Source: Pseudomonadota bacterium (GTDB taxonomy: Bacteria; Bdellovibrionota_F; JAHFAK01; JBDREC01). From it: DNA of 55,618 nucleotides. Under the pieces are notes generated by a model, which saw nothing but the letters and a program-made list of their open reading frames with translations, searched no databases and had not been told where the DNA came from. Positions 39,301-49,933 of the stretch are shown here, piece by piece. Made by a program: the position numbers and the translations under genes. How positions within the stretch are numbered: position 1 is the stretch's first letter; each line of letters begins with the position of its first letter. The DNA lies in the NCBI GenBank assembly GCA_043820105.1, contig JBDREC010000001.1:62001-117618 (forward strand), written 5' to 3'.

Positions 39301-40325
39301 TAGAATATCTCAACTCCTTGTTTTGGTGGTTCCCATGTGTGAATTAATTGTTGAATTGCGAAATTATATTGTGTTTGCAGAAAAGAAATACGTTTATTTT
39401 CATTAATACCCGTTTGTCTGATGAGGGTTTCTCGTAAGGGGTGGTGGCTATTAATAAGATACTCATTGCGTTTATGCAGTCGTTTAAGCAATTTCAAAGA
39501 CGGAATTCTGGCAAATTTCCCGTTCTCTCCTCGATTGCAATCTTGGCATGCTAACACCAAATTCCATATCCCATTTATATTTTTCAAAACAGTATTTAAC
39601 ATCCATGGTAGAAAATGGTCAACCTCAACATCTATAGTATCAATTCTGGTATCTTTTTCAATCTTGATAGGATGGTAACAATAGAAGCATCGACCTTTCT
39701 GGTACCCATTCAGACTACTTCGACAGGAAGTTATGGTAACTCGTCTATTTTCATCCTCTGTAAATAGAACATTATTTGCTTGATCGTAATCAACTGTGAT
39801 AAGTTGACGAGAAATATTTAATCTCCAGCTTTCTTCAACTAGCCTCCATCTGGATTCAGTTTCATGTATTAAATTTTCAAACTGCATATCTTTAGCTAAT
39901 TTAAAAAAGTTTTCAGTAATTCGGATACCTTGAGACTGTCTGCGTTCATCAATGAAGAACAATTCAGGAACATTTTCTCTGTTTACTATATGAAAAGCAT
40001 CAATAACATTATTGAAACCCTGGTTGACCGTTATCTGGATGAGCTCGTCCTTTGTTATATTATTATTAATATATTTATTACATGCATCAAGAAAGCTGCT
40101 TGATTTTGATGTGATCTGTTTAGGAGAATGTTTTAAATGTTCACATAAATGCCTGCTAAACGGTTCAGCTAATTTTTCCAATGTAACAAGATCATTTTCA
40201 ATTTTTCCCATTTCCAAAAGGGCTTTAGCTAAAGCGAACTTATAGGATGCAACATTGCGACCAAAGAGGATAATCGCCCTCCAATAATTGTCTAGAGAGT
40301 TTTCTATAAGGTAAAACTTTGACAT
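39300..40325 (-). CDS. HNH endonuclease domain protein
   Basis: N-terminal YKFALAKAL; CFYC..EVDHFLPW..WNLVLACQDCN..K. Confidence 0.9.
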   Translation of the reverse strand: MSKFYLIENSLDNYWRAIILFGRNVASYKFALAKALLEMGKIENDLVTLEKLAEPFSRHLCEHLKHSPKQITSKSSSFLDACNKYINNNITKDELIQITVNQGFNNVIDAFHIVNRENVPELFFIDERRQSQGIRITENFFKLAKDMQFENLIHETESRWRLVEESWRLNISRQLITVDYDQANNVLFTEDENRRVTITSCRSSLNGYQKGRCFYCYHPIKIEKDTRIDTIDVEVDHFLPWMLNTVLKNINGIWNLVLACQDCNRGENGKFARIPSLKLLKRLHKRNEYLINSHHPLRETLIRQTGINENKRISFLQTQYNFAIQQLIHTWEPPKQGVEIF

Positions 40326-40604
40326 TGGGCTTTGTCTGCTTTTAATTATTATTTGATCTGAATTATATAATATAGTTTATTATCCAGGTCAAATCATAAA
40401 ATATCTTTTACAAAACACTGTATGGCTTTTGCAAGGCAGTATAGCATTTTAATTGTTGTATTAGGTTTCCAAATTCAATTGTATGTCTTATTGACAGTGT
40501 TTGTCCGTTATGCTATGAGAGTTCTCTGTATTTTCTTGAATCATATCTAAAGCAAGAAGGAATTTGAATAAGCTAAGTACTTTTAACTTTTAAAGAGGTT
40601 TTAT

Positions 40605-41369
40605 ATGTATAAGTTTATTATTTTTCTTCTTTCATCTCTTTTAATTCTATCATGTAATGAAGCAGGCACAACTGATCTAGGGTCTACAAGCGAAGGTGGA
40701 GTGACTATTGAGAGCTTAGAAGGAAATGGCTCTGATTCTGACATATTTATTGATGGAATGACGGTTTTGGGAAGTGGCTTTGATGAAACAGTTGAGGCAT
40801 TTCTTGATGATGAGTATGTTGAAACGCTTTACTTAAATGCAAGTGAGATTGAAGTGGTTTTTCCATCAGACATTGTTGAGGGTAAATATGCATTGTCTGT
40901 TGAAACTGATAGTGGCAAAGCAACCACTTCAGTTTACGTTCTTCAGGGAGAGCAAGGAGAAGTAGGAGAGAGTGGAGTAGATGGAGTAGATGGCGTAGAT
41001 GGCGCAGATGGAGAAGATGGTGTTACTATAGAGAGTCAGTATTATTGTGACTCTTCTAGTGATATAGATGATCGGCTAGGCATTGAAATGTTAGGATTAG
41101 AAGCTCAAATTATCTTGTTTAATGATGGAAGTTATTATATTTATTGTTTGTCTTATTTTGAATATACGACATATGAGTTTTGGGATTACACTGGTAATAG
41201 TGGATGGTATGCTTCTGATAGTGTTGCCGTTATGGAGAATGGAATTTTACACTGTAACTCACCTTATGCTAATGCTTATTATTCAATTGATAATAATACA
41301 GTGACATATGAGAATGAATCAGATGAAACACAATACGAAACTGTTTCATGCTCCCAAAGATATCCATAA
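40605..41369 (+). CDS. Lipoprotein with IPT/TIG-like domain and short collagen-like repeat
   Basis: Lipobox ILSC; TVLGSGF; (GXX)n GEQGEVGESGVDGVDGVDGADGEDG. Confidence 0.75.
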   Translation: MYKFIIFLLSSLLILSCNEAGTTDLGSTSEGGVTIESLEGNGSDSDIFIDGMTVLGSGFDETVEAFLDDEYVETLYLNASEIEVVFPSDIVEGKYALSVETDSGKATTSVYVLQGEQGEVGESGVDGVDGVDGADGEDGVTIESQYYCDSSSDIDDRLGIEMLGLEAQIILFNDGSYYIYCLSYFEYTTYEFWDYTGNSGWYASDSVAVMENGILHCNSPYANAYYSIDNNTVTYENESDETQYETVSCSQRYP

Positions 41370-41392
41370 TAAATTTTAATAATGATGGTCAA

Positions 41393-41809
41393 ATGCGAAT
41401 AATAGTTCTTTTCTTGTCTTTTTTAACGGTACTTGGTTGTGTAGAAACGACAAAAATAGATGTAAATGAATCCTATGAAAGCTATTGCTCAAGATATGTT
41501 AGAAGGATTTACACTTGCAGATATTATTTTGGAATATCTGTATTAACAACATCTGATCAATATACTTTAATGCAGCAATGTGAAGAAGCTAACGCTGAAG
41601 AATTTGAAGTATGTAATTATGAGAATGAATTTGCTTATGATATGGCTAACACTTTAGAAGAAATGTATGATTGTTTGTCTTGTCAGGAATTTTATGATTT
41701 CATGTCGTATATGTATGAGGATTCAACAACTGATGCTGAATTTGTGGGAGTGTGTGCTACTCAAAGTGACCTGGAAGAGGTTCAAGAACTTATTGAAGAA
41801 GAATGTTAA
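41393..41809 (+). CDS. Cys-rich acidic lipoprotein
   Basis: MRIIVLFLSFLTVLGC lipobox; multiple Cys. Confidence 0.65.
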   Translation: MRIIVLFLSFLTVLGCVETTKIDVNESYESYCSRYVRRIYTCRYYFGISVLTTSDQYTLMQQCEEANAEEFEVCNYENEFAYDMANTLEEMYDCLSCQEFYDFMSYMYEDSTTDAEFVGVCATQSDLEEVQELIEEEC

Positions 41810-41897
41810 TTTAAATGCCCATTTGTATGTTTTCTGCACCTTGAGCTTAAATATGCATTTATTGAATTTAGTTTAATAATTTTAGTGGAGAAAGAAT

Positions 41898-42476
41898 ATG
41901 AAGAAATATTTTTTGAGCTTTTTAATTGTTTTATTTCTACAATCATTTAATTTGTACTCATTAGAAGAAGAAATAAATGCCAAAGATGGAAGTTATAATT
42001 TTGATCACACATCCTTTAAGGATAAGGAATTAAATCTTGGGGCTATAATTTCTGAAGGCAGTGTTTCTCCTATGGTAAAATATTGGCCTTCTAGGTATTT
42101 TGGTTTTTTAGGCTATGTTGGTATTTCTAGGGAAAAATATGAGGTTGATTCAAATGAATACATTAATTTAACAAGTTTTGGATTAGGTGGAGCTGCTTTG
42201 TTTGGGTTTACAAAAGATATTTTTAGGCCTCATTTAGGGATTGGATTAAATTATGGATTGTCAAATAATTTGCTAACTGAAATTAGAGTGAGTGGATTAG
42301 ATTTATCTCCTTTTTTTGATTTAGATATTCTAGTGTCTGATCGTTTTTGCTTAACTTTGGGCTTATTTGGTTTTTCATATATTTTAAGTGGAACATATGA
42401 TGATGGTAGTACAGATAATATCACGGGTTATGATTTCTCTTTTCTAGATAATGTAACAATTGCATATAGATTCTAA
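41898..42476 (+). CDS. Outer-membrane beta-barrel protein
   Basis: Signal peptide, alternating strands, C-terminal IAYRF. Confidence 0.7.
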   Translation: MKKYFLSFLIVLFLQSFNLYSLEEEINAKDGSYNFDHTSFKDKELNLGAIISEGSVSPMVKYWPSRYFGFLGYVGISREKYEVDSNEYINLTSFGLGGAALFGFTKDIFRPHLGIGLNYGLSNNLLTEIRVSGLDLSPFFDLDILVSDRFCLTLGLFGFSYILSGTYDDGSTDNITGYDFSFLDNVTIAYRF

Positions 42477-42965
42477 GACATTATTTTATTCAATGAAACA
42501 AGCAACACTTGTTATTGTCAGAGTTGTAATAATTTTAATAATAATTATCTGTTAAAAAAGAAATTAGCCACTATAACTAAATGTGGTGCTTCCTCTAATT
42601 AGGAGTTTATGTGCATGCATAAGATATTTATAGCTTTTATATATATTTTGAGTGAAGATAGTTCCAGAGCAAACCCAATAATATAAAGTTCATTAATGAT
42701 TACATCTGTTCAACAATAATCACACCTCCGTCTTGAATATTGTTTGATAAGTATGCATTTAGCCTCTCTCCACCTATTACATTCAAACACTTAACTTACT
42801 TTAATGCCCTCATTCATACTATCATGATTTACTTGATTCAAACAATGAATAGAAATTTAAAACCTTGAGTTAAAATATAATATAGCTATAATATCAGAAA
42901 CTCAAAGCCAAATTGAGACATATTTTCCTTGAATTAATTTATTAACTTTAAGGTGAGAGTAAAAC

Positions 42966-45827
42966 ATGAACTTAATAGACCTTAACTACAATTCTGAATT
43001 GAAAAAATTTATTGACCAGGCAAAAACAGACAATCTCAAGACCAAGCATTTTCTTAACACATTTAATGATATTAGGATAAAGGTGAGTTTCGGCCAGGGT
43101 TCTGCTGCCAAAATTCCATGGATTGCCTTCCTGAAAGCGCCAAACACAGTCAGTGATGGGATTTATCCAGTTTACTTATTTTTCAAAGAGATTAACAAAC
43201 TTATACTAAGTTATGGTATTAGTGAAACAAATTCCCCTAAGCATAGTTGGAATATTGACCAAAAAATGCTAATTAAAGACTATTTTTTAGAGCATAATCT
43301 TGTAAATCCAGAACGCTATGGTGGTTCATACATATTCAAAGTGTACGATGTCAACAACATGCCCTCTGATGAGATATTAAACTCAGACCTATCTGAAATA
43401 TTGGAGTGTTACCGTTCTCAAAAATTTGAATTTGAGCCACCAAATAAGACTTGTTGGTTTGTAGGAGCCTCTTATAGTGATGCCAGCGAAGATCAAACTG
43501 ATCGATTTATTGATAACGGTATTTGGGAAAATGGATATGACGACAAGTATCTAGACTTAGTTCGCTCAATCAATGTTGGAGATCGGATTGCAATTAAATC
43601 AGCCTATACTCGTAAAAATAACTTATCATTTGATACTAATGGAAACATTGTATCTGTAATGGGAATAAAGGCAATAGGCGTTGTCACAAAAAACCATGGA
43701 GATGGAAAATCTATCGATGTGGACTGGGAACCACGATTAAACCCAGTTCGAGAGTGGTATTTCTATACTAATCGCTCAACAATATGGCGTGTTGTACCAG
43801 ATGAATGGATGTCCAAAGAACTTGTTAATTTCACTTTTAATAATGGCCCTCAAAGCATAAGTAAATTTAAAAACGCTCCCTTTTGGCAAGAAAGATTTGG
43901 TGATAAAAAAGAAAAAGAACAACGCTTCCAATGGACAGAATTTTATGAAGCCATAGCTAATAACATATTGGATTTCAAAGAAGATCGCTCAAAATTAATA
44001 TCTGAGATTCACAGGCTCTCTGCAAAATTCGATTGTATGAGCGTGTTAAATGATCATTTCATTGATGGATCAATTGGTTTACTTAAGGATATGTGCCCAT
44101 TTACAATTCTAGGTATTTTTAACCGGGGATTGACAGACAAAAATCGTCAACTGATAGCTAAAGAGCTTGCAACTTTTTTTAAGCTAGATATTCCAGCACC
44201 AGAAACATTTTTGGGAATACCTGTTCTTAATAATCAGCAGTCTTGGTTTTTTGCTTATGAAAATAAAAGAGAAAAATATGACATAGATAAACTCTGGGAT
44301 TTCTTCGAAACAGCAATAAACTTTTCTGATGAACAAGAAGATAACCTAAAAAGTACATTTATAAACAAGTATGATGAGGTTAATAATGTCAGAGGTGTGG
44401 GTTGGAATATCACAATGGGCTTGTATTGGATAAGACCCTGGTTTTATTTAACTCTTGATAGTCGCTCACAAAAATACATATCTGAAAGATTAGGGTTTGA
44501 AATACGTAAATCATCACCAAAAGGTCGATGCACTGGAACTGAATACATTAGCTTGTTAGATGAAATAAGCACGCGATTTAAGGAAGAAGCATATCCCGCG
44601 CATTCATTTCCAGAATTATCATTAAATGCATGGAAATCAGAGTACACTAGTGCTGAAAAGGATATTCAAACCTGGAAAAGCCTGGTATATCAAAAGATCA
44701 AAGAGCTTTGTGAAGAAAAAAACGACAGTTTATTCTCGATGCAAGAATTTCTAAATAAATACCAAAATGATTTTCAAACACTTTATCCCAGCAATAATAC
44801 TATTCAGGCTTCATTGGCTCGCAATTTGCAACTCTTACGTGATGAGGACCTAATTGAGTTTCTAAGCAATGGGCAATATCAATTGCTTGATTATACTGTA
44901 GATTCAGTTGAAGAATTTATTGCTTTACCAATACAACATGAACCATATAACCTAGAAAGTATTATTTCAGATGGATGTTTTCTTGAAACAAAAGAGCTAA
45001 AAATGATCCTTGAACGATTATATCAAAAGAAAAATATTATTCTTCAAGGCCCTCCAGGTACAGGAAAAACATGGCTGGCTAAGCGTTTAGGCTATGCTTT
45101 GATTGGATTTAAAAATGATGAAAAGTTAAAAGCTGTACAATTTCACGCAAACCTTTCATATGAAGATTTTGTTCGTGGCTGGCGCCCTTCTGCAGAAGGT
45201 AAACTTGCCTTAATAGATGGACCCATACTTGAAATTATTAGTGCTGCAAAAAAAGACGCAGAAACAAAACATGTTATTATTATTGAAGAAATAAACCGAG
45301 GAAACCCTGCGCAAATATTTGGAGAAATGTTAACGTTGCTTGAAGCTGACAAGCGTACACCAAGCGAAGCACTGGAGCTTAGTTATAGAAGAAATGAAAG
45401 TGAGCGTTTTTTTATTCCTAACAACCTTTATGTAATAGGAACCATGAATATTGCAGACAGGTCTTTGGCATTAGTTGATTTGGCTTTAATGAGAAGATTT
45501 GCTTTCATAAGTCTCAAACCAACATTTGGCCAACCCTGGAGAAACTGGGTTCACGAAAAATCTGGTATAGATATGCATATTCTAGAATCAATAGAACAAA
45601 GAATACTTAAGTTAAATTCTGAAATCGAAAGTGATAAAAATCTAGGACCTCAATTTAAAATTGGACACAGCTATGTAACTCCAGCTTTTAGCAATACTAT
45701 AAACGATCCATTAACATGGTACAAAGGTGTAGTCTCAACAGAGATTGCACCACTACTAAGTGAATATTGGTTTAATGATCCAGATCAAGCTAGAAAGGCA
45801 AAAGAAAAGTTGGTTGAAGGTCTTTGA
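42966..45827 (+). CDS. mcrB: McrB-family AAA+ GTPase with multiple N-terminal DNA-binding domains
   Basis: GPPGTGKT, YEDFVRG, IIEEINRG, MNIADRS, D.ALMRRF, IGHSY. Confidence 0.93.
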   Translation: MNLIDLNYNSELKKFIDQAKTDNLKTKHFLNTFNDIRIKVSFGQGSAAKIPWIAFLKAPNTVSDGIYPVYLFFKEINKLILSYGISETNSPKHSWNIDQKMLIKDYFLEHNLVNPERYGGSYIFKVYDVNNMPSDEILNSDLSEILECYRSQKFEFEPPNKTCWFVGASYSDASEDQTDRFIDNGIWENGYDDKYLDLVRSINVGDRIAIKSAYTRKNNLSFDTNGNIVSVMGIKAIGVVTKNHGDGKSIDVDWEPRLNPVREWYFYTNRSTIWRVVPDEWMSKELVNFTFNNGPQSISKFKNAPFWQERFGDKKEKEQRFQWTEFYEAIANNILDFKEDRSKLISEIHRLSAKFDCMSVLNDHFIDGSIGLLKDMCPFTILGIFNRGLTDKNRQLIAKELATFFKLDIPAPETFLGIPVLNNQQSWFFAYENKREKYDIDKLWDFFETAINFSDEQEDNLKSTFINKYDEVNNVRGVGWNITMGLYWIRPWFYLTLDSRSQKYISERLGFEIRKSSPKGRCTGTEYISLLDEISTRFKEEAYPAHSFPELSLNAWKSEYTSAEKDIQTWKSLVYQKIKELCEEKNDSLFSMQEFLNKYQNDFQTLYPSNNTIQASLARNLQLLRDEDLIEFLSNGQYQLLDYTVDSVEEFIALPIQHEPYNLESIISDGCFLETKELKMILERLYQKKNIILQGPPGTGKTWLAKRLGYALIGFKNDEKLKAVQFHANLSYEDFVRGWRPSAEGKLALIDGPILEIISAAKKDAETKHVIIIEEINRGNPAQIFGEMLTLLEADKRTPSEALELSYRRNESERFFIPNNLYVIGTMNIADRSLALVDLALMRRFAFISLKPTFGQPWRNWVHEKSGIDMHILESIEQRILKLNSEIESDKNLGPQFKIGHSYVTPAFSNTINDPLTWYKGVVSTEIAPLLSEYWFNDPDQARKAKEKLVEGL

Positions 45828-46939
45828 TGGAATCTATTGCTGTAGAAAAACAATCGAAGGATATTTCAACAAGGCTACTTGGAAAAATACCAGTTCGAAA
45901 CATTTGGTTATTAATGCTTTATGCTTCTAACTTGTACCGTCAACAAGGTTCTAATCAAGTAGCAATTGATGAAAATCCAGATAAAATTGCCGATCTAGTT
46001 GCTGAAATACTCTGCCATCAAGTTGAACAACGTTTATTTAGAAATCTCACATATGGATACCAAAACAAAACAGGTGAACTTACTCGGATTAGAGGCCGAA
46101 TAGATGCTCTATTTACTGAAAGTCATAGGTTGATGGAAAGAGGTAAGATTTGTTGCAAATATGACATGTTGACGGTTGACACACCAAGAAACCAATATAT
46201 TAGAGCAGCATTAGACCATATCAGTTCACTTGTATTTAACAAAGAACTTTCATGTAAATGTTGTCTATTAGCCAAAAGACTTCACAATATTGGTGTTTCC
46301 AAAAGCTTTCCTTATGGTTATAGCACTAGTCGTGAAAGATTTAATTGTAACGATGCAGAGGATAATAAAATGGTATCGGCAGCAGAGTTAGCTTTTTCAC
46401 TAGCTCTGCCTACAGAGTTTTTTGGGCGAACTTTATTACCAATACCAGACAAAAATATAGAATGGCTTCGTAAATTATTTGAAAAAGGAATCGGTGGTTT
46501 TTACTCTGCTGTGCTAGATAGGTCTAGATGGAATGTATTAACAGGAAAGCAGTTTAATTGGCAAATATGTAGCAAGACCAACGGAATGGATAAAATACTT
46601 CCTAGCATGAAAACAGATATAATCATTGACAATCAGGATACTGGTAATCGACTAATAATTGATACAAAATTTAATGAGATTACAACCAAAGGCTGGTACC
46701 GTACAGAGTCTCTAAGAAATACCTATTTATACCAAATGTATACTTATTTAAGAAGTCAGGAAAATATAGATGATCCTCAGTCACTCGCAACAAGTGGTAT
46801 GTTACTGCACCCTTCTATTGATAGAGATTATGATGAAAGTGTAACAATCCAAGGTCATCTTATCAGGTTTTGTACAGTTAATCTTGGGCTTGATGCTTTT
46901 AAAATAAAAGAAAGATTACTTCATTTATTAAAACAATAA
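45824..46939 (+). CDS. mcrC: McrC restriction endonuclease subunit
   Basis: IPVRNIWLLMLYA, RIRGRID, LFEK, TDIII..IIDTKF, YLYQMYTY; overlaps mcrB stop. Confidence 0.93.
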   Translation: MMESIAVEKQSKDISTRLLGKIPVRNIWLLMLYASNLYRQQGSNQVAIDENPDKIADLVAEILCHQVEQRLFRNLTYGYQNKTGELTRIRGRIDALFTESHRLMERGKICCKYDMLTVDTPRNQYIRAALDHISSLVFNKELSCKCCLLAKRLHNIGVSKSFPYGYSTSRERFNCNDAEDNKMVSAAELAFSLALPTEFFGRTLLPIPDKNIEWLRKLFEKGIGGFYSAVLDRSRWNVLTGKQFNWQICSKTNGMDKILPSMKTDIIIDNQDTGNRLIIDTKFNEITTKGWYRTESLRNTYLYQMYTYLRSQENIDDPQSLATSGMLLHPSIDRDYDESVTIQGHLIRFCTVNLGLDAFKIKERLLHLLKQ

Positions 46940-46949
46940 TATTCTAAAA

Positions 46950-47174
46950 TTAATCCAAAAAATTAGACAGTTTTACTTTAAAAATTTTGCTTATCTTAAA
47001 AACAGTGTATAGTGAAGGACTATGTTTGCCAGATTCAAGTTTTTGAAAGTGTCGATAATTAAAGCCATATTTAGAGGCAAATTCTTCTTGCGATATACTC
47101 TTAGCTTTTCTCAGCTTCTGTATATTCTTTGCTATTCTAACTAATAGCTTTTCGTAATCTTGTTCTTGGTTCAT
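46950..47174 (-). CDS. XRE/HTH_3 transcriptional regulator
   Basis: NIQKLRKAKSISQEEFA...LESGKHSPSL. Confidence 0.85.
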   Translation of the reverse strand: MNQEQDYEKLLVRIAKNIQKLRKAKSISQEEFASKYGFNYRHFQKLESGKHSPSLYTVFKISKIFKVKLSNFLD

Positions 47175-47189
47175 TTCATCTTTATATAA

Positions 47190-47229
47190 TATACGAACTT
47201 TCTTGACCACGTACTATTTAGTTCGTATA
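47190..47229. promoter_or_regulatory. Inverted-repeat operator between divergent genes
   Basis: TATACGAACT-N20-AGTTCGTATA perfect 10-bp inverted repeat. Confidence 0.55.
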
Positions 47230-47265
47230 GGGGTGTAGGCAATATATAATCTAAGGAGATGTTTT

Positions 47266-47862
47266 ATGAGAAAATTATTTATTATTTTATCAATCCTACC
47301 CATTTTATTCTCATGTTCTATCAAATCTAAAGACGGTTTCAATGCTACACCAGATGAGATTATTTTTAAAAGCCAAGACAATACTCCTGATTGGGCTGAG
47401 GCTAAAAAAAGGTTCATCAATAAAGAAAAATTATATATTGTTGGTATGGCGGAAATACCTGGTGATTCAAGCCCAGAAAAAGGAATTGAAATCGCTTCAA
47501 TGAATGCAAAGTCATCTCTTGCTCAAGAAATTAATACCAAACTAGAGTCACAGGTTCAAACGGCTTCCGAAGGGCTTGGAATTGATAAAACGGTTCTAAA
47601 TAAAATTATAGCAATTGGCAGTAAACTTGATAATTTAGTAGGAATTTTTACAGAAGAAACTTACTATCAAAAGATCGCAACTAGTGACGGATATACTCAA
47701 ACTACCAAATATCAATGTTTTGCTTTGGTTGGTATTGATCTAAAAGAATATCATAGGCAAATAAACATATCAATAGCTAATAGCATAGGTGACAAAGAAT
47801 TATCAGAGTCATTTAAGAAAAAAGTTGAAGCTCAATGGGACACTTTCTTTAATAGTAAATAA
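47266..47862 (+). CDS. LPP20-like lipoprotein
   Basis: Lipobox LFSC; TPDW; A..NAK..LAQEI. Confidence 0.75.
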   Translation: MRKLFIILSILPILFSCSIKSKDGFNATPDEIIFKSQDNTPDWAEAKKRFINKEKLYIVGMAEIPGDSSPEKGIEIASMNAKSSLAQEINTKLESQVQTASEGLGIDKTVLNKIIAIGSKLDNLVGIFTEETYYQKIATSDGYTQTTKYQCFALVGIDLKEYHRQINISIANSIGDKELSESFKKKVEAQWDTFFNSK

Positions 47863-47865
47863 ATT

Positions 47866-49380
47866 ATGAAGTATAAATTTATTATAATTATTTGCTTGTT
47901 TTGTCCTAGCTTCCTAATGGCTAATGATAAGCCATCTTGGACTAATAAAAGCTCCTGGCAAGAAAGCGAATATAAATACTATGTTGGTGTAAGCTCAAAT
48001 AACAAGACAGAAGAGGATGCAAGAAGAAAAGCCTATGAAAATGCCATCAACGAACTTGTTCAAAGCTCATTTGGCGGAATCCTTAAAATTGATATAAAGT
48101 CATATCAGACAATAAAAGATACTAGTTTCTATAGGGATATTTCATTTGAAGTTGATAGGGTTAATATTAGTGGCGTTGAAAGCATGGATATATATATTGA
48201 AAAAGATAAAAAAAAATATACCTGTTGGCGGCTATTAAAAATTTCAGACCTGGAAGTAGACAAAGAAAGAAACAGATTAAAAGATGCGTTGAAACTTGAA
48301 GGCAATAAGAAAGACATAACAAACATGTCTGATAATATTATTGGATTTAAAAATAAACATTCAAAGACAACAGGTAGTCTAAAAATTACAACATCTCCTG
48401 CAAGAGCTGAAATATACTTAAATGGGGAACCAATTGGATTTTCAAATATTTTGTTTGGTAAAATTTGGCCAGGTGAATATGAGCTATTAATTGATAAAAA
48501 AAGCTATAAGCCAATAAAACGTAAAGTTATCATTGCAAGTGGTATTAAGTCTAATTTAAATATAAAACTAGAAAAAGAAAAGGGTACTATAAAGATAGAA
48601 TCAAATGCTCCTAAAACTGAGATATTTGTGAATAATAAGTATGCTGGATTAGCGCCTACAAGTGTTAATCTTCCAGTCGACAGCTATAATATAAGGCTTG
48701 AGGCGATAGGATATTATCCATTAAAAGTAAAAGTTAAAGTATATCCCAATTACACAGAAGTGAAAAAACTTAATCTGGAACCTATTCCAGCTAAGTTGAC
48801 AATACTTTCTGATCCTGAATCAGCTAATGTTTTTACTTCAGAAATGAAAATGATTGGTAAGACTCCACTTAAAGGGCTAGACTATATGCCTGGAAAGCAT
48901 AAATTATTGATAACAAAAGATGGCTTTGAAAATCAGACAGTCCAAGTAAGCTTAGAACCAGGAAGGGGGAGCTCATACAAAGAAACCTTAGTCCCTGTTG
49001 ATAGTTTATCATTCAATGAAATTTCAACCGAATCAGAAAATGAGTTAATTGATAATCCTTCAGAGTACAAGGGGTGCAGGTTTATTAGCATATTGTTTTA
49101 CGGAACCAGTCTTGCATCAGGAATCATTGGAGCGATATCTGTTTTTGATGCAATTGAAGCCAAGGAAGATTATAATAACGCTAGTTCTGCTAGTACAGCT
49201 TCTTCTTATAGGGAACAAACTGAATCTGCTACTGAAAGAGCTTATATACTAGGGAGTGTTTCGGTTTTTTCTATGGCAATGGCATTAACTCTGGAAATAT
49301 TTGTTTTGCCAAAATATATGAAACCAACTGCTTTTCTAACAAAAGACTTTAAAGGAGTAATGTTAACATATGATTTTTAA
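47866..49380 (+). CDS. LPP20-like N domain plus three PEGA domains and C-terminal hydrophobic segments
   Basis: KPSW..YYVGVS; ITTSPARAEIYLNG, IESNAPKTEIFVN, ILSDPESANVF PEGA repeats. Confidence 0.85.
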   Translation: MKYKFIIIICLFCPSFLMANDKPSWTNKSSWQESEYKYYVGVSSNNKTEEDARRKAYENAINELVQSSFGGILKIDIKSYQTIKDTSFYRDISFEVDRVNISGVESMDIYIEKDKKKYTCWRLLKISDLEVDKERNRLKDALKLEGNKKDITNMSDNIIGFKNKHSKTTGSLKITTSPARAEIYLNGEPIGFSNILFGKIWPGEYELLIDKKSYKPIKRKVIIASGIKSNLNIKLEKEKGTIKIESNAPKTEIFVNNKYAGLAPTSVNLPVDSYNIRLEAIGYYPLKVKVKVYPNYTEVKKLNLEPIPAKLTILSDPESANVFTSEMKMIGKTPLKGLDYMPGKHKLLITKDGFENQTVQVSLEPGRGSSYKETLVPVDSLSFNEISTESENELIDNPSEYKGCRFISILFYGTSLASGIIGAISVFDAIEAKEDYNNASSASTASSYREQTESATERAYILGSVSVFSMAMALTLEIFVLPKYMKPTAFLTKDFKGVMLTYDF

Positions 49381-49933
49381 TAAAATATTAAAAACACTTT
49401 TTGTTTTAATAATATCTTTATTTTGTTTTGCCACCTGTTTAAGTGGTGAATTTGATAATCCTAATGATCCTGATTCTGATGATTACAATGGTAGCTCAGG
49501 GACTTTTGGTGACGGTGATGGAGATGGAGACGGAGACGGTGACGGTGATGGCGATGGTGATGGTGATGGTGATGATGTTCCTTCTTGTGGCGGGGAGAGT
49601 ACCACCTTTCCTTTTGAAGTTGGCCAAACAGGCATTATAACAAATTGCCTATCGGTTAGACTTAATGACTATGATTACAATTCCCATGTTACAGATGATA
49701 TTACCTTAAAAATAACAAACTCTACACAGCACATAATAAGTTATTTGAATTATTCTGTTTACGTTAGAGATTCGAGTGATATTGAGATAGCTTGGGATGA
49801 AAATAGATATACCAATACTGACATTGAAGTCGGCAGTTTTTCAATTTTTGAATTAACTTCCCTGGATGGTGATATCAATACTAATGGTGATACTTTAGAA
49901 TTCATGATTAATGATATTACTTTCTATGAATAG
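49370..49933 (+). CDS. Lipoprotein-like protein with (Gly-Asp)n linker
   Basis: Signal with FATC, DNPNDPD motif, about 11 GD units. Confidence 0.75.
   Translation: MIFNKILKTLFVLIISLFCFATCLSGEFDNPNDPDSDDYNGSSGTFGDGDGDGDGDGDGDGDGDGDGDDVPSCGGESTTFPFEVGQTGIITNCLSVRLNDYDYNSHVTDDITLKITNSTQHIISYLNYSVYVRDSSDIEIAWDENRYTNTDIEVGSFSIFELTSLDGDINTNGDTLEFMINDITFYE

Noticed and set aside
42480-42960. Possible gene remnant upstream of mcrB
   Set aside because: Only short open stretches with no recognisable similarity
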